A stretch of DNA of 64,000 nucleotides from Eledone cirrhosa (taxonomy: Eukaryota), in NCBI GenBank assembly GCA_964016885.1, contig OZ024749.1, forward strand, positions 4,774,001 to 4,838,000. The letters are read 5' to 3'. The first letter of the stretch is position 1; the number at the start of each line of letters is the position of its first letter. The notes beneath the pieces are model-generated. The model searched no databases and had not been told where the DNA came from. It worked only from the letters and a program-made list of their open reading frames with translations. The translations under genes and the position numbers were made by a program. Positions 62,263 through 64,000 of the stretch are shown here, in pieces.

Positions 62263-62442
62263 CGAAGGTATGGTAAGGAACCAGTTGGACCATAACAATA
62301 CTTAGGATAGTAGAGTAGGTAATAGGAAATCGTTTAACCCCGACAGCAGAACTCAAGCCGTTTCAACGGCTATTTCTGGACTATTTCCAGAAATAACCGT
62401 CGAAACGGCTTCAGCTCTGCCGTCGGGGTAAACTTTTTCCTA
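62263..62442 (-). mobile_element. Fold-back PLE-like terminus with half-hammerhead
   Basis: Homologous to 43871-44117 in opposite orientation; hairpin 62322-62442 centred on CTGGA-CTATT-TCCAG. Confidence 0.7.
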
Positions 62443-62454
62443 TATATATATGTG

Positions 62455-62635
62455 TGTTTCTACTTTAGGCACAAGGCCAGCAATAACCCAGTGTATTACT
62501 GGTACTTTAATTTATCGACCCCGTAAGGATGAAAGGCAAAGTAAACCTCGGCGGGATTTGAACTCAGACCGTAAAGGGACGTAACTATGCTGGAAAGCAT
62601 GGTGTCCAACTCTCTACCGATACTGACAATCCACG

Positions 62636-62640
<5 letters not shown>
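62455..62640 (-). mobile_element. tRNA-derived SINE, family 1
   Basis: Full reverse-complement copy. Confidence 0.9.
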
Positions 62641-62716
<76 letters not shown>

Positions 62717-62729
62717 CTGTACATAGTCA

Positions 62730-62960
62730 ATAGTCGATCGAATAGATCCTAGACCTCATTCGCCTAACGAGTTGGCTGGTGCTCATCGAATCGGACCTAG
62801 GAAACAATGTTTTCATTGGTCTTTCCAATTGCTAATACTATCTGTCGGTCGGAAGTCTAGACAGAAAGAGCAACGTGAAATGAAGCATCACCCGGTGTGG
62901 GAGTCGAACTCACGACTTCACGATTGCGAATACAATTCTCTAACAGATCAGCGACGTGAA
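62730..62960 (-). mobile_element. tRNA-derived SINE, family 2
   Basis: Minus strand TCGCAATCGTGAAGTCGTGAGTTCGACTCCCACACCGGG (T-arm/B-box) then TTCATTTCACGTTGCTC body shared with 36882. Confidence 0.75.
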
Positions 62961-63002
62961 CACGTACACAATATATACATACACACACATTATATATATA
63001 TA

Positions 63003-64000
63003 TCATCATCATCGTTTAACGTCCATCTTCCACGCTTGCATGGATTTGGACGGGAGTTTTCCCACTTGAGGCAGGAGTGGTTGCCTTGCTCGCATAGGAC
63101 TGTCTGGCGGGTTTTCTACGGCTGGATGCCCTTCCTAACACCAACCACGTTTACAGTGTGGACTGGGAGGTTTTTACCGTGTTACCTACACGGCCACATT
63201 ACAGCGTGGACTGTGTGTTTTTTTGTCGTGACACCTACACGACCTCATTTGTTTCGGACTGGATGTTGTGGTACCAACATAACTTTAAATTGAAAGGGGT
63301 GGTGTGGATGGGGTTGGGGTAGTGGGACGGGCGTGTATTTTTGTTAGAGGTGCCTACTGACTGTAGTAGGTTTCACTTTGTACTTAGGTAAGGCGGGTCT
63401 TCTGTATTACTGTGTAACGCCAAAGATCTCGGTCCTGTGACATTGTCTTGGAGAGGTGTAAGTGTGTGAGGTCGTAATTTATAAAGTCGTCCCAGGTTTT
63501 TTCTGGGTCTGCCTACTCCGTGGCTACAGTCTATTTTTATTACCCTGCACATTTTTATACAGCTGTTGTCTTTCATGCGCACCACGTGACCATACCAACG
63601 TAGTCTTCTCTCGAGTAAACAACATCTGATCCCTCTTATTTCTAATTTTTCCCTTAGTTCGTTTATGCTTTGCCGTTCACGTATATTACTATTATACATC
63701 CAGCGGAGCATGCAAGCTTCGTTCCTCTCCAGTCTGCGTATATCCTCTGCACACAATGCCAGGTCTCACTGCCATGTAACATTGCTGTTCGTATGCGGGC
63801 ATCATACAGCCTGCCTTTCATTTTTAGAGAGAACCCTTTAGCGGCTAATAGTGGTATAAACTCTCTGAACTTTTTACATCCCAGTTCTGACTCTAGCTAC
63901 TGTACTTTTAGAAGACCCTCCACCACTGCTGATTTTGTCACCCAAGTAACGGAAGGTGTCCACTATTTCTATAGAACCATCTGTGCAATGGAATGAGCTA
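63003..64000 (-). mobile_element. RTE-clade LINE, second copy (runs off window), frameshifted
   Basis: Homologous to 27355-28480: AEDIRRLERNEACMLRWM, RRLRWYGHVVR, GRPRK, same 3'UTR without the internal duplication. Confidence 0.93.

Noticed and set aside
62888-62960. Functional tRNA gene
   Set aside because: Only T-arm and anticodon-like parts are recognisable; continues into a SINE body shared with 36882

Overview
Repeat-dominated, AT-rich eukaryotic DNA with no host protein-coding gene that I can support. The SINE types and huge (TA)n fields suggest a cephalopod such as octopus (inference). Most long ORFs in the track are microsatellite or satellite artefacts. Real content: (1) several Penelope-like retroelement (PLE) families lodged in (TA)n tracts, including a young copy with an uninterrupted RT + GIY-YIG ORF (37610-39280) and an inverted pseudo-LTR; (2) at least seven type-I hammerhead ribozyme (HHR) motifs and five half-motifs read directly from the sequence, one with a compensatory U3-A8 core; (3) a recurring fold-back architecture in which the post-HHR 3' tail is re-copied in inverted orientation at the 5' end, giving MITE-like hairpin elements; (4) four young copies of a bipartite RTE-derived non-autonomous element retaining a C2H2 finger; (5) RTE, CR1 and CRE-like LINE remnants, a tandem pair of non-autonomous Helitrons and two tRNA-derived SINE families; (6) a 10-kb 42-bp satellite with 1890-bp higher-order structure. 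All calls are by eye; no searches or folding programs were run.
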